Of a stretch of DNA of 64,000 bases, positions 1 to 9,080 are shown one piece after another (position 1 is the first letter of the stretch; every line of letters starts with the position of its first letter). Origin of the DNA: Candidatus Binatia bacterium (lineage in GTDB: Bacteria; Desulfobacterota; Binatia; UBA9968). A program made the translations under genes and the position numbers. The notes under the pieces were generated by a model. The model worked only from the letters and a program-made list of their open reading frames with translations. It was not told where the DNA came from and searched no databases. The stretch lies in NCBI GenBank assembly GCA_036000865.1, contig DASYUV010000002.1, positions 4,431 to 68,430 of the forward strand, written 5' to 3'.

Positions 1-1026
1 CCGGAAATGAAAGAGCCGCCCGGCTCCGGCGGGGTCAACGGTGCAACCATCAAGTTGGAAAAGAACGGTACGCTGACCCTGCACCTGGGCTCGCCCAACT
101 GCGGCCAGGCCCACGAAACAACGACGGCGCAGGTCGCCGCCGAGATTCTCGGCACGACTCCGGAACAGATCAGCACGAGCATTCCCTTCGACAGCGATCT
201 CTCTCCGTGGGGCGTCGCCGCGGCCAACAGCGGCAATAATTTTCATCTGTACGACATCGGAGCAATTCACGGCGCGGCGACCAAGCTCAGAGAAAAAGTT
301 TTGCAGCTCGCCGCCCATGTCTTGAACACCGATCCGAAGGGATTGACGATCGAGAACGCTGTCGTGCAGGTGCCGGGATCTGCGACCAAGAAAGTAACTT
401 TCTCCGAGCTCGGACGGATCGCCTACAACAACCAGCATCTAATCCCGGATGGCATGGAAGCCGGTCTGCAGGCGACGTACTATTACATGTTTCCGCATGC
501 CAAGCCGAACATTATCCCAGGCGCCGATCGCCTGGTGCGCGCGCAATTTACTTTCTCCGCGGGCGCTCACGCTGCGGTCGTGGAAGTCGATAAAGCGACC
601 GGTAAAGTGCACGTGCTGCGTTATCTGATCGTCGGCGACAATGGCACTGTGATCAATCCTGATGTCGTCAATGGCCAGGTCTATGGCTCCGCCGCACATG
701 GGATCGCCGTGGCTCTCGGCGAAGGCTTCATGTACAGCCCGGAAGGACAGCCGTTAACCATAACTTACCTCGATTATGGCAAGTGCTCGACCGAGGAGAC
801 GCCCCGCGTCGAGGTCATTCATCGGCCTTCCCCATCGCCGTATACGTCGCTCGGCCAAAAAGCCGCCGGCGAAGGCGCCGCAATTCCCTCACCGGCGGCA
901 ATCGCCAGCGCGGTCGAAGACGCGCTCAAACCGTTCGGCGTAAAAGTGTGCGATCTGCCTCTCACGCCTGAAGTGGTGTGGCGTTTAGCGCATCATAATC
1001 CCGAGGCCGAGCGGAGGTCGTATTAG
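1..1026 (+). CDS. Xanthine dehydrogenase / aerobic CO dehydrogenase family molybdopterin-binding large subunit, C-terminal part (5' end outside window)
   Basis: Frame 1 is open from base 1. The translated sequence (GAHAAVVEVDKATGKVHVLRYLIVGDNGTVINP ... SLGQKAAGEGAAIPSPAAIASAVEDAL) is the conserved C-terminal Mo-cofactor domain of CoxL/XdhA-type enzymes. The FAD-subunit gene starts 2 nt after the stop. Confidence 0.85.
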   Translation, partial: PEMKEPPGSGGVNGATIKLEKNGTLTLHLGSPNCGQAHETTTAQVAAEILGTTPEQISTSIPFDSDLSPWGVAAANSGNNFHLYDIGAIHGAATKLREKVLQLAAHVLNTDPKGLTIENAVVQVPGSATKKVTFSELGRIAYNNQHLIPDGMEAGLQATYYYMFPHAKPNIIPGADRLVRAQFTFSAGAHAAVVEVDKATGKVHVLRYLIVGDNGTVINPDVVNGQVYGSAAHGIAVALGEGFMYSPEGQPLTITYLDYGKCSTEETPRVEVIHRPSPSPYTSLGQKAAGEGAAIPSPAAIASAVEDALKPFGVKVCDLPLTPEVVWRLAHHNPEAERRSY

Positions 1027-1028
1027 CG

Positions 1029-1886
1029 ATGATTCCCGGTGCCTTCGAATATTACGCCCCGCGCTCGCTCAACGATGCGGTGAAATTTCTTGCCGAACAC
1101 AGAGACGATGTGAAAATCCTCTCCGGTGGTCAAAGCCTGCTGCCGTTGATGAAAATGCGCCTATCGAAGCCCGGCTTTATTGTCGATATCGGCCGCATTC
1201 CGCATCTCGATAGGATCACCGAAGAGAATGACAGCTTGGTCATCGGTGCATTGGTCACCCATGAGCAGATCGAGTTTTCTGACTTGCTCAAATCCAAGTG
1301 TCCGCTTTTGCCTCAGACAGCGACGACCATAGCGGACATCCAGGTGCGCAACCGTGGCACTCTTGGCGGCAGTATCGCTCACGCCGACCCTGCGGGAGAT
1401 TGGCCCGCTGCCGTTATGGCTCTCGACGCAGAAATCAAAATCGTCGGTCCCACCGGCGAGCGTTGGGTGAAGTGCGGAGAATTCTTTCTCGGACTTTTGA
1501 TGAGCGTGCTCGAGCCGGATGAAATCGTCACCGCGATCAAGGTGCCGATTACCGCCAGCGACAAGACGGCTTATTTGAAGGCCGCGCCGCGATCCTCCGG
1601 CTTCGCCGTCGTCGGCGTCGCCGTGCGCCTGGCGCTCGACGGCAACGGCATCTGCAACCGAATTGCAGTGGGAATCACCGGCGTTGGCGACAAAGCCTAT
1701 CGCGCCGAATGGGTCGAACAAATGCTTAATGGCAAGAAACTGGATGCATCAGCGATCGAACAAGCGGCGCGCGAGGCGACGCGCAACATCGAGGTCATCG
1801 AAGACATCAATGGCTCGTCGGAATATCGCAAGCACCTGACCGAAGTGTATGTGATCCGCGCGATCGAATCCGCGCTGAAGGGATAA
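1029..1886 (+). CDS. FAD-binding medium subunit of a molybdopterin dehydrogenase (CoxM/XdhB-like)
   Basis: 285 aa. It has the FAD_binding_5-type N-terminus (ILSGGQSLLPLMKMRL) and a CO-dehydrogenase flavoprotein C-terminal domain (SSEYRKHLTEVYVIRAIESAL). It is tightly coupled to the large-subunit gene. Confidence 0.85.
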   Translation: MIPGAFEYYAPRSLNDAVKFLAEHRDDVKILSGGQSLLPLMKMRLSKPGFIVDIGRIPHLDRITEENDSLVIGALVTHEQIEFSDLLKSKCPLLPQTATTIADIQVRNRGTLGGSIAHADPAGDWPAAVMALDAEIKIVGPTGERWVKCGEFFLGLLMSVLEPDEIVTAIKVPITASDKTAYLKAAPRSSGFAVVGVAVRLALDGNGICNRIAVGITGVGDKAYRAEWVEQMLNGKKLDASAIEQAAREATRNIEVIEDINGSSEYRKHLTEVYVIRAIESALKG

Positions 1887-1918
1887 TCACCATCCATCGC
1901 TGCCGCCGATTATTGTAG

Positions 1919-1938
1919 AGGCACGGCATGCCGTGCCT
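1919..1938 (+). terminator. GC-rich perfect palindrome downstream of the CoxM-like gene (possible terminator or repeat hairpin)
   Basis: aggcacggcatgccgtgcct is a perfect 20-nt palindrome about 30 nt after the stop, followed by tattgtctgt. The T-tract is weak. Confidence 0.4.
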
Positions 1939-2011
1939 TATTGTCTGTGAAGCAGCGGTGACCCTAAACCAGATTACCCTACGTCGGAATCCGTCATCAG
2001 ACGCGGCAAAG

Positions 2012-2896
2012 TCAGCTGATTTTGCGGCGTAAATAAGCGCTTAGATAATCGACGATCGTGACCAGGATATAGATCGCAAGAATCAACGTCAGTAACTGAT
2101 TTTCCAGGAACAAGCTGATAGCGATATGTATTCTCTGGCCGAGGCCGCCCGCGCCCACCAGACCGAGCACCGCGGCGACGCGGATATTCACTTCCCAGCG
2201 ATAAAGCGTGTAGGAAACAAATTGCGGCAGCACTTGAGGCAGGATGCTGTAAAATAGGATCTGTAGGCGGCTCGCGCCGGTGCTCTGCAGCGATTCGATG
2301 GGTTGCGAGTCCACGTCCTCCAAAACTTCGCCGAAGAGCTTGCCAAGCACACCGCCGGTGTGAACCCCAAGCGCCAGCACGCCTGGAAACGGCCCCAGAC
2401 CGACGAGAAACACGAAGATCAACGCCCAAACCATTTCCGGAATCGTGCGCAGGATATTGAGCACGCTCTTAGCGGCCAGATACGGGATCATGCGTGCCGA
2501 TCTCTTCCATCCCTGCCTGGGCTCCATTTCGTAGAGCAAGCCTGAATAGATCAGATTGCGCGAGGCGAAAAATACAATCGGCAGCGCAACGGCCACGGCC
2601 AGCAATGTCCCCATGAACGAGATGGCGAAGGTTTCGATCGTGCCCCTCCATGCCTCTCGCAAGACATTCGGCGAAAAATCGGGCGGCACGAGCTTCGCGA
2701 GGTAAATCAAAATCTGTCCCAAACCGTCGCGACTGAAGAGCTGCGAAAGATCGATCTCCGCGCCGCGATAGCTCCAGACCAGAAACGCGACAACGGCGAC
2801 GAGGAGAAACAGGTTCTTGGCCGTCGACTTCTCACGGGACGCCCCAGCTCGCGATGGGATCATCTCGCAACTATTTTTTGCTGCCGTTGGGCTCAT
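2012..2896 (-). CDS. phnE: Phosphonate ABC transporter permease PhnE (copy 2)
   Basis: Polytopic membrane protein with the PhnE-type conserved loop (LQSTGASRLQILFYSILPQVLPQFVSYTLYRWEVNIR). ATGA start/stop overlap with the upstream phnE copy. Confidence 0.8.
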   Translation of the reverse strand: MSPTAAKNSCEMIPSRAGASREKSTAKNLFLLVAVVAFLVWSYRGAEIDLSQLFSRDGLGQILIYLAKLVPPDFSPNVLREAWRGTIETFAISFMGTLLAVAVALPIVFFASRNLIYSGLLYEMEPRQGWKRSARMIPYLAAKSVLNILRTIPEMVWALIFVFLVGLGPFPGVLALGVHTGGVLGKLFGEVLEDVDSQPIESLQSTGASRLQILFYSILPQVLPQFVSYTLYRWEVNIRVAAVLGLVGAGGLGQRIHIAISLFLENQLLTLILAIYILVTIVDYLSAYLRRKIS

Positions 2897-3747
2897 AGCA
2901 TGGCCCGTACCTTGGCGCTCAAGTAATCCACCGCCGCCACCATCACGAAGAGAATGATCAAGATTGTCAGCACTTCGTTAAAATTAAACATTCGCATCGA
3001 GATCTCGATCTGTTGGCCCAGGCCGCCCGCCCCAACCAACCCCAAGATCGCCGAGGCGCGCACCGCGCATTCCCAACGGTACAAGGTATAGGAAACGAAA
3101 TTGGGCAGCGCCTGGGGGAACCAGCCGTAGAAAAAAATCTGTAACTTGTTAGCACCGGTCGCCTGCAAAGCTTCCAGCGGGCGGAAATTCACCGACTCGA
3201 AAATTTCCGAATAGACTTTGCCGAGCATCCCGCCGTAGGCTACGCCGATGGCCAAGACCCCAGGAAAGGGCCCCAACCCCACCGCGCGCACGAACATGAA
3301 CGCCCAGACAAACTCGGGAATGCAGCGGAAAAGACTCAAGAGACCCCGGGCGAAGAGATAAACGGCGTAGCGTATACCGCGGCGCACGGGTCTACCTTGC
3401 AACTCGGCGTCGTTAAGGATGCCGCGAACAGCGAGAGTATGAGTTCCCAAAAGCCCGAGCGGAAAGCCGATCAGAACGGCGATCACCGTTCCCCAAAACG
3501 AGATCTGAATCGTTTCCAGCGCCGGTCGAAGCATGAGCGAGAGAAAGTTCCATGAAGTATCGGGTGGAAACATGCCGGTGAGGAACTTCCACAAAGAATC
3601 CCGGCCCCTTGGCTCGAAGAAAACCGCAGGATCGATCGCTGCCCTTTTCCAGCTGTCGATGAATGCGAGGACAAAGAACGCGGTAAAAAGATAGGGGAAT
3701 AGAGATTTAGCTGACTCACGGGTAAGCGATGGGTTGGACTCTTTCAC
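2893..3747 (-). CDS. phnE: Phosphonate ABC transporter permease PhnE (copy 1)
   Basis: Paralog of the downstream permease (LQATGANKLQIFFYGWFPQALPNFVSYTLYRWECAVR). Its position directly after phnC is typical of phnCDEE operons. Confidence 0.8.
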   Translation of the reverse strand: MKESNPSLTRESAKSLFPYLFTAFFVLAFIDSWKRAAIDPAVFFEPRGRDSLWKFLTGMFPPDTSWNFLSLMLRPALETIQISFWGTVIAVLIGFPLGLLGTHTLAVRGILNDAELQGRPVRRGIRYAVYLFARGLLSLFRCIPEFVWAFMFVRAVGLGPFPGVLAIGVAYGGMLGKVYSEIFESVNFRPLEALQATGANKLQIFFYGWFPQALPNFVSYTLYRWECAVRASAILGLVGAGGLGQQIEISMRMFNFNEVLTILIILFVMVAAVDYLSAKVRAML

Positions 3748-4531
3748 TCGTGGCCTCGGTCACGGCATGATCGCGAAAATTACCGCTGTACAGGTCGTCT
3801 AACATATCGTCGCTGATTTTGTCAGGGGACGAATCGAAAACGGCCTTTCCCTGTTTTACACCGACAACCCGGGGAAAATAGGCGAGGGCAAGATCGACGC
3901 TATGGAGACTGACGAGCAGGGTCTTCTGTGTAGTTCGGCTAATCTCGATGAGCAGGCGAACGATGCTTGACGCTAACGTCGGATCGACGGACGACACCGG
4001 CTCATCAGCGAGGATTACCTCAGGGTCTTGCACCAAAACCCGTGCGATCGCGACCCGCTGCTGCTGGCCGCCTGACAGTTCATCGGTCCTGTCAAATAGC
4101 TTTTCCGCGATTTCCACTCGGCTCAGCGCTTGATAGGCCAGGTCCACGTCAGCGGGCTTAGCAAGTGAAAACAACGATCCAAAGGTCGGCCAGCGTCCCA
4201 ACTGCCCCGCCAGCACGTTGTGAATCACGCGTAGGCGAGAAACCAGATTGTGCTGTTGGTAGACGCTGCCGATCCGTCGCCGCGCCTGGCGAAGACGCTG
4301 GCCGTGAAGGGTTTCAACATCTTCACCGTCGATCCAGAGCGTTCCCGAGGTCGGTCTCAGCGTGCAATTGAGCAGACGAAACAACGTCGTCTTGCCCGCC
4401 CCGCTGGGTCCGATCAGGGCGACTCGTTCGCCTCGATCGACGTTCAATGTGATGCCATCGAGCGCTACCTGCTGGCGTCCGAAGAGCTTGCGGACATTCT
4501 CAAGGCGATACTGAAACTCGGAGTAGCTCAC
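3716..4531 (-). CDS. phnC: Phosphonate ABC transporter ATP-binding protein PhnC
   Basis: Walker A GPSGAGKTT, signature LSGGQQQRVAIARVL, Walker B ILADEP. The ORF-track start is a TTG at 4585 that overlaps phnD by 55 nt. A GTG at 4531 overlaps the phnD stop by 1 nt and is preferred. Confidence 0.85.
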   Translation of the reverse strand: MSYSEFQYRLENVRKLFGRQQVALDGITLNVDRGERVALIGPSGAGKTTLFRLLNCTLRPTSGTLWIDGEDVETLHGQRLRQARRRIGSVYQQHNLVSRLRVIHNVLAGQLGRWPTFGSLFSLAKPADVDLAYQALSRVEIAEKLFDRTDELSGGQQQRVAIARVLVQDPEVILADEPVSSVDPTLASSIVRLLIEISRTTQKTLLVSLHSVDLALAYFPRVVGVKQGKAVFDSSPDKISDDMLDDLYSGNFRDHAVTEATSERVQPIAYP

Positions 4532-5391
4532 TAGTTTAATTTGAGAAGCCCGGCGGCGATCGCTGCTTCTTCTATGCCTTTCCAATCTTCGTCTTTGGCG
4601 GCGATGTAACCCTTGGTGCGGTGCAGATCGAGGAGCTTCTTATCGTCAGGCTTATTATAGTCGAGCTTTAAGAATGCCTTGACGATCTTGTCGACGGTCG
4701 CCTTATCGACGCCCGCCCTGATGGTCCAAACGTAATCGACATAGGCGGGAGTCGTCCAAAAAATCGAAACCTTATTGGTGTCCACTTTCTTGGTTTCAAC
4801 CAGTTTGTCCCAAACCAGAAAGTTGAGCGCTCCCGCGTCCACCTGTCCCGCCTCGACCCAGGCGGCCGTCGCGTCGTGAGCGCCACTGAAGCTAAACTTC
4901 GAGAAGTCCTTCTCTGGATTGATCCCGCCTTTGAGCAAAAAATAACGCGGCATGAGATGTCCCGAGGTCGAACTGACGCTGCCGAAGGCGAAGGTCTTCC
5001 CCTTGAGATCCTTCAGATCCTTGATGCCGGTTTCCTTGCGGGTGATGAAGTAACTCTTAAACTGGGCGTCTTCCTTGCGCATGATAATTCTCCGCGCGCC
5101 TTTGGCCTGTTTTGCCGCCTGAACCGAAGTTAGGCCGCCGTACCACACCATCTCTAACCGGTTGGCCGCCAGTCCCTCCACGGTCGCCGCATAGTCAACG
5201 ACGGGAGTGAACTTGACTGGAATGCCGATTTCCTTGCTCAGATAGTCGGCAAATGGACTGTAGATCCGCAACATCTCCTGAGGATTTTCGTCGGGAATCG
5301 CCGATATTCTGAATTCATTGATCGTTTGAGCCGACGCCCAGCCGGCCAGCCAGAAAAGCAGCGCGCTTACCAACAATGCCAGTTTGTTCAT
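4531..5391 (-). CDS. phnD: Phosphonate ABC transporter periplasmic substrate-binding protein PhnD
   Basis: PhnD-like sequence (FRISAIPDENPQEMLRIYSPFADYLSKEIGIPVKF, SGHLMPRYFLL). ATG 5391 has GGAGG 7 nt upstream and yields the signal peptide MNKLALLVSALLFWLAGWASA. Confidence 0.85.
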   Translation of the reverse strand: MNKLALLVSALLFWLAGWASAQTINEFRISAIPDENPQEMLRIYSPFADYLSKEIGIPVKFTPVVDYAATVEGLAANRLEMVWYGGLTSVQAAKQAKGARRIIMRKEDAQFKSYFITRKETGIKDLKDLKGKTFAFGSVSSTSGHLMPRYFLLKGGINPEKDFSKFSFSGAHDATAAWVEAGQVDAGALNFLVWDKLVETKKVDTNKVSIFWTTPAYVDYVWTIRAGVDKATVDKIVKAFLKLDYNKPDDKKLLDLHRTKGYIAAKDEDWKGIEEAAIAAGLLKLN

Positions 5392-5573
5392 TGGAGACCT
5401 CCGTGGGTGCATTTGGACACTACACCTATATATCAAATCTATCGATAAGGTAAATCGCTTTTGCCTATCGCATAGCTCAAATCCTTTACTTCTGAGTGGT
5501 GCAGCGCCGATGGATTTCTAGGATTTCGACCCGAGAGCGGTCCCAGGACAGGCGCGGAAAATACCAGGCCATA

Positions 5574-6047
5574 CTACGAATGGTTTTTCAGAAATTCCAC
5601 AACCTCGTCCGGATGTTCTGCGGCTTTCTTCACCGTCGGCCAGTGCTTGATCACATTGCCCTTCGAATCGATCACCACGGTAGAGCGAATCGTGCCCTCG
5701 ACCTCTTTGCCGTACATCATTTTTTTGCCAAAGGCGCCGTATTTCTTCATGACTTCGGCCTTCGGGTCGGATAGGAGCATAAACGGCAATTTGTATTTGC
5801 CGGCGAACTTGTTGTGCGATTCGATGCTGTCTTTGCTTACGCCCAATACAACCGCATCGCTCTTTTTTAAGGACGCACCCAGGTCGCGAAAGCCGCATGC
5901 CTCCTTGGTGCAACCGGGCGTGTCGTCTTTAGGATAGAAGTAAAGCACGACCGTCTTACCCTTGTAGTCTTCGAGCGAATGAGTTTTGCCGTCGTTACCC
6001 TCCAAGTTGAATGCCGGAGCCTTCTGGCCTTCGACGAGACTCTTCAT
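5574..6047 (-). CDS. bcp: Thiol peroxidase Bcp / PrxQ (Cys form)
   Basis: Motif FYPKDDTPGCTKEACGFRD (peroxidatic and resolving Cys). ATG 6047 is preceded by AGAGG. Confidence 0.9.
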   Translation of the reverse strand: MKSLVEGQKAPAFNLEGNDGKTHSLEDYKGKTVVLYFYPKDDTPGCTKEACGFRDLGASLKKSDAVVLGVSKDSIESHNKFAGKYKLPFMLLSDPKAEVMKKYGAFGKKMMYGKEVEGTIRSTVVIDSKGNVIKHWPTVKKAAEHPDEVVEFLKNHS

Positions 6048-6084
6048 GATTTTACCTCTTGCGTAGTGAGCCACATGGAAAGCT

Positions 6085-6366
6085 CTATTCGCTCACCTTG
6101 ACGCCGCGCCAAAAGGCGATGTAATTTTTAATCTGTTTAGCGGCCTCCTTCGGTTCCGGGTAATACCAGGCAGCATCTTGATTCACTTTTTCGTCGACTT
6201 GAACGTGATAGTAGCTGGCAAGCCCTTTCCAGGGGCAAGTGCTATGTTTTTCGCTCGTGCGAAAATATTCTTGCTTGACCGACTCCGGCGGGAAGTAATG
6301 ATTTCCCTCAACGACGATCGTCTTGTCCGATTCCGCCAACAGCGTATTTTCCCAAGTGGCTTTCAT
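6085..6366 (-). CDS. DUF427 domain protein
   Basis: 93 aa with the DUF427 pattern (VVEGNHYFPPESV, STCPWKGLASYY, AAWYYPEP). Confidence 0.8.
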   Translation of the reverse strand: MKATWENTLLAESDKTIVVEGNHYFPPESVKQEYFRTSEKHSTCPWKGLASYYHVQVDEKVNQDAAWYYPEPKEAAKQIKNYIAFWRGVKVSE

Positions 6367-6392
6367 GACCGTACCTCCTTGATCGCTTGATT

Positions 6393-6596
6393 AACTACCC
6401 ACAGCAAGCTGCGAGGTATCGACAGTCCTTTGTGACAATTTTCCTCAAAGTTGTCACCCCCGAATGTTTTTATCGGGGGTCCAGTCAGAGTTCGCCTGTG
6501 GTGAGCCCCGTCGAATCACCGCTATATAGAAGCATGCGGGAATGACGGACTGTAAGAGGACTACAAATCGCCTAACGCAGCAAAGATTAAACTGAC
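6393..6596 (+). repeat. Composite structured intergenic repeat, family A, copy 1
   Basis: Modules in order: aactaccc-ACAGCAAGCTGCG hairpin, GTCACCCCCGAATG..ATCGGGGGTCCAGTC hairpin, ..GCATGCGGGAATGACGG, then ..acgcagcaa..attaaact. The same modules recur in the same order and orientation at 18403, 38705 and 50011. This copy carries an extra insert (gtggtgagccccgtcgaatcacc). Confidence 0.8.
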
Positions 6597-7958
6597 ACGC
6601 AGCGAAACTTTGCAAACACATAAGGATAATGAGCTTGATACCAGTTGCGAAAGCTCGAGCGTAGCAAATCCGTGCCGGTCGCCCACGACCCGCCTTTCAA
6701 AACAAAATGTTTGCTGTCAAAAAAATCCTGCGAGTAATCGGGGTAGCTTTTCATGTAAGGTGAAAACCCCGGCAGCGGCGCGAATTCAGTGTCCGTCAGT
6801 TCCCAGCCATTACCGACCAGCTCGGCGACGCCCCAGCGGCTGTTTCCAGCCGGATTGGCGCCGACGGGCAGCGGGGACCAACGGTTGAAATCGAAATTGC
6901 CATGGCATTTTTCCGGAGTGGCGTCCCCCCACGGATACGCAGACTTCCGTCCGTCAGGCCCGTAAAACGCCGCCCGATGAAACTCGGCTTCCGTCGGCAG
7001 CCGCTTCCCGCGCCAGCCAGCGTAAGCGCGCGCTTCGGCGAGGCACACATATACCGGCCAACTCGACACACCCGCCAGCGGCAAAACGTCGAACATCGCT
7101 CGATACAACCAATCATCATCCCGCCTGGTCCAGCAAGTTGGATGCGTTTTATCTTCGAGCATCTTCCAGCGCCAATCTTCCGGTCGCCAATAGCGCTCAT
7201 CGTCGTAAGCTCCCGAATCCACGAAGTCGAAAAATTCTCCGTTGGTTACGGGTAGACAGTCGATATTGAAAGACGGCACGTCGACGACCTGCTCACCAAA
7301 CTCGTTGTCCCAACCAAAAAGGCTATCTGTAAATTTGGCGCCCAAACGCGCTTTCCCGGCAGGGATCGCAATTTGTCGTTGATGCGCGCGGGATTGAAAG
7401 GAATAGCGCGGTAACGAGTCGGGGCGCCGTTTCTTGTCGAGCGACAACTGCTGCATCGTATAGAGCAAGGTTTCCTGGTGCATGTACTCATGCTCGAGTG
7501 CCATATGAAAAACTCGCCCGCGCTGTGCCATCACGTCGGTTGAACCGCGGTGCGCCATCGCTCAAGGGAATCCAAAATCGCGCCGCGCACGTTGTCACGA
7601 TAGGCCACGACGTCGCCCAACCTCGGCCATTCCTCGGGGACTTCGGGATGCCAATGACATTCGCCGGTATCGACACCCGGGTCGATGCCGCGGCAAAAAA
7701 GATCGTCGAAATAGGGATTGAACGACTTCCGTTTAAGTATAGCGCCACAAGTCTGATTCCACGAAAACGCCGGCAGATGACCGACGTAGAAGATAAGACG
7801 TAGAAGATAAATGGATGGCGCCAAACAATTGGCTTGGACAACATTGCGGTCGTCGGAACGATCGCGAAAATCTCATCGGTTCGCGCCCACGCCGCGATAA
7901 ACCTGTCTCGCAGAAGCTCGATTTTGCTCGGTTCAAAGCGTCTCAACGGCAATGCCAT
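6587..7958 (-). pseudogene. EgtB/OvoA-like sulfoxide synthase (DinB_2 + FGE-sulfatase domains), frame-disrupted twice
   Basis: Three successive frame segments (7958-~7800, ~7800-~7560, 7558-6587) together give about 455 aa. Motifs include RHPFIFYVGHLPAFSWNQ, ALEHEYMHQETLLY and a C-terminal SUMF1-type domain (GNGWELT, LKGGSWAT). The frame is broken by a 14-bp tandem duplication and by a second 1-nt shift near 7535-7565. Confidence 0.75.
7783..7810 (-). repeat. 14-bp perfect tandem duplication inside the EgtB-like gene
   Basis: gacgtagaagataa occurs twice back to back (7783-7796 and 7797-7810). Removing one copy restores ...RHPFIFYVGHLPAFSWNQTCGAIL... Confidence 0.95.
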
Positions 7959-8055
7959 AGCGTCTCCGCTGAAATTTCGTTACGGGCTATATACTAAATA
8001 GGATTAACCTATGGGAAGGCCGAAACCAAGCCCCTGGAGCGAAAAAATGGTGCGT

Positions 8056-8967
8056 CTACCCCTGTTTTAGGAATTCTCGAAAAGCTTGGGCGATGGGATG
8101 TAAGGGGCGGCGGGTGTGGTGCACCTCGTAGAACTCGCGTTGCATGGTCAAGCCGCGAATCGGGATTTCGACGAGATTTCCGGCCGTGAGCTCGCGCCTG
8201 ATGGAAATGCGCGACAAAATAGACATGCCGTATCCGGCTATTATCGCTTCCTTGATGGCTTCGGTGCTACCGAGCTCCATGGAAATGTTGAGCAGCTCAT
8301 TTGAGGATTGCTTGTTCTTGCTCAAAAGGCGTCGCAAGGAATCCAAAGTCCCCGAGCCGCGCTCCCTTGATATAAATTTTTCGGTTCGCAGATCGGCAAG
8401 CTGGACAAATTGTCGCCGGGTCCAAGCATGATCCTTCGGCACCACCAAGATCATCTCGTCATCCCATATCTTCTCGAAGGCAAGTCTGGCGTCTTCCGCT
8501 TTGAAACCGACAAACCCCAGTTCAACTTTGCCATCCAGCAGGTCGTCTATGATTCCCGCCGAATCACCGATTCTCAGTATCGGGCGGATGGCGGGATACT
8601 TCTCCGTAAAAGCGCCGAGTCTTTGAGGTAAAAGATATTCCCCAGGCACGTTGCTGCCGCCGACCCATAGCTCACCGCTCAGCGTGCCGTGAAATAGCTC
8701 GACCGCTGCGACGGTTTCTCGTTTAAACGCCAGAAGATTTTTCGCCCGTTCTGATAGAAGCTCACCCAGAGGCGTCAAGCTGACTCGGCCGCGGATGCGG
8801 TAAAGAAGCTTGCCGCCAACCAACTTCTCCAACTCCTGGACATGAGCGCTGACCGTGGGTTGGCGTAGTGACAGCAGCTCCGCCGCCTGAGAGAAACTCC
8901 GCAACTCGGCGACCCAGTAGAAAATTTCTAATTTGTGCAGGTCGAGATCGGCTTTTATTTTGCCCAT
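8056..8967 (-). CDS. LysR family transcriptional regulator
   Basis: N-terminal winged HTH (FSQAAELLSLRQPTVSAHVQELE) plus a LysR substrate-binding domain. The protein has no Cys. It lies immediately downstream of the Sec-Bcp gene. Confidence 0.9.
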   Translation of the reverse strand: MGKIKADLDLHKLEIFYWVAELRSFSQAAELLSLRQPTVSAHVQELEKLVGGKLLYRIRGRVSLTPLGELLSERAKNLLAFKRETVAAVELFHGTLSGELWVGGSNVPGEYLLPQRLGAFTEKYPAIRPILRIGDSAGIIDDLLDGKVELGFVGFKAEDARLAFEKIWDDEMILVVPKDHAWTRRQFVQLADLRTEKFISRERGSGTLDSLRRLLSKNKQSSNELLNISMELGSTEAIKEAIIAGYGMSILSRISIRRELTAGNLVEIPIRGLTMQREFYEVHHTRRPLHPIAQAFREFLKQG

Positions 8968-8973
8968 CAGAAG

Positions 8974-8997
8974 TGGTGAGTGGGTGGGCTTCGAACC
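8974..8997 (-). other. tRNA 3'-end-like fragment (T-loop + acceptor strand + CCA), not a complete tRNA
   Basis: The minus strand reads GGTTCGAAGCCCACCCACTCACCA. No matching T-stem 5' strand, anticodon arm, D arm or 5' acceptor strand can be paired upstream. Confidence 0.3.
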
Positions 8998-9080
8998 TTG
9001 ACTTTAAGCGGTAAAAAAACCAATGGCGCCGCCGGAGCGTGGCTAGCCCTGCCACGCTGCCTGACGACGCCATTGAACGA

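Noticed and set aside
8974-9075. Possible complete tRNA, or tRNA-Sec (selC), adjacent to the selenoprotein gene
   Set aside because: Only the last ~24 nt look tRNA-like. Upstream sequence (..GGTTTTTTTACCGCTTAAAGTCAAGG) offers no T-stem 5' strand, no anticodon stem-loop with UCA and no 5' acceptor strand. It is kept only as a fragment or possible att scar.
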